A stretch of DNA of 35,273 bases. It comes from an uncultured Myxococcaceae bacterium (lineage in GTDB: Bacteria > Myxococcota_A > UBA9160). Under the pieces are notes generated by a model. It saw only the letters and a list, made by a program, of their open reading frames with translations, was not told the DNA's origin and searched no databases. The stretch lies in NCBI GenBank assembly GCA_964353695.1, contig CAYGXT010000001.1, positions 1-35,273 on the forward strand, given 5' to 3'. This document shows positions 34,990-35,273 of the stretch, piece by piece. The translations under genes and the position numbers were made by a program. How positions within the stretch are numbered: the stretch's first letter is position 1; every line of letters begins with the position of its first letter.

Positions 34990-35273
34990 ATGCTGAGGCG
35001 CATCATCCCCAGCCTTTTGCTCCGTAGTGGTCGCCTTGTGAAAGGCGTTTCTTATGCCAATCATCGCGACGCCGGAAACCCGAGCACCACGGCGCGGGCA
35101 CACAACGCGCAGGGGGCTGACGAGTTGCTGCTGCTCGACATCGATGCCAGCCGCGAGGGGCGACCTCCCGACTTCGCGGCATTCAACGCCGTTGCCCGGG
35201 CATGCTTCATGCCGCTCACAGTGGGCGGCGGCATCCGCACGCTGGAGACGGCGCATCGCTGCTTCGACTCGGG
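34990..35273 (+). CDS. hisF: HisF-like cyclase subunit, copy 2 (truncated by the window end)
   Basis: Not in the ORF track; translated by hand from ATG 34990: MLRRIIPSLLLRSGRLVKG...GADELLLLDIDAS...FMPLTVGGGIRT. Confidence 0.85.
   Translation, partial: MLRRIIPSLLLRSGRLVKGVSYANHRDAGNPSTTARAHNAQGADELLLLDIDASREGRPPDFAAFNAVARACFMPLTVGGGIRTLETAHRCFDS

Noticed and set aside
1-35273. Mobile elements, CRISPR arrays, tRNA/rRNA, phase-variable homopolymer tracts, wzx/wzy/ABC export, maf or flagellin genes
   Set aside because: None recognised by eye; short runs such as A7 near 14136 and C9 near 26029 are in frame within intact genes. The glycan's carrier cannot be determined from this window

Overview
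High-GC bacterial DNA occupied almost entirely by one surface-glycan cluster for nonulosonic acids (sialic-acid-like sugars), with about 31 CDS in three blocks. Block 1 (+ strand, 212-17632) holds an N-acetyl-sugar amidotransferase/HisF/HisH cassette, legionaminic-acid-type genes (CBS-nucleotidyltransferase, legB, legC, neuC/legG, NeuD/PglD-type acetyltransferase), a GT4, an unassigned GT-B-like protein, a Gfo/Idh/MocA oxidoreductase, an SGNH + MBOAT O-acylation pair, an NDP-sugar C-methyltransferase and a GT2. Block 2 (- strand, 29728-17712) converges on it and holds a divergent NeuB/PseI-family synthase, pseG, pseB, pseC, pseF, a radical SAM/SPASM protein, a KpsS-like protein, two methyltransferases and a paralog of the GT-B-like protein. 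Block 3 (+ strand, about 29978 to the window end) holds an oxidoreductase, a class III aminotransferase, a GNAT and a second amidotransferase/HisH/HisF cassette. I saw no RNA genes, mobile elements, CRISPR arrays, export or polymerase genes, or flagellin. The most notable points are the paired Leg/Pse arms with only one synthase and one CMP-transferase in view, the synthase's missing canonical metal-ligand His, two paralogous candidate nonulosonate transferases, and a block-3 gene order that reads like an OH to keto to amino to acetamido to acetamidino tailoring pathway. All family calls come from motif recognition by eye; no database searches were run.
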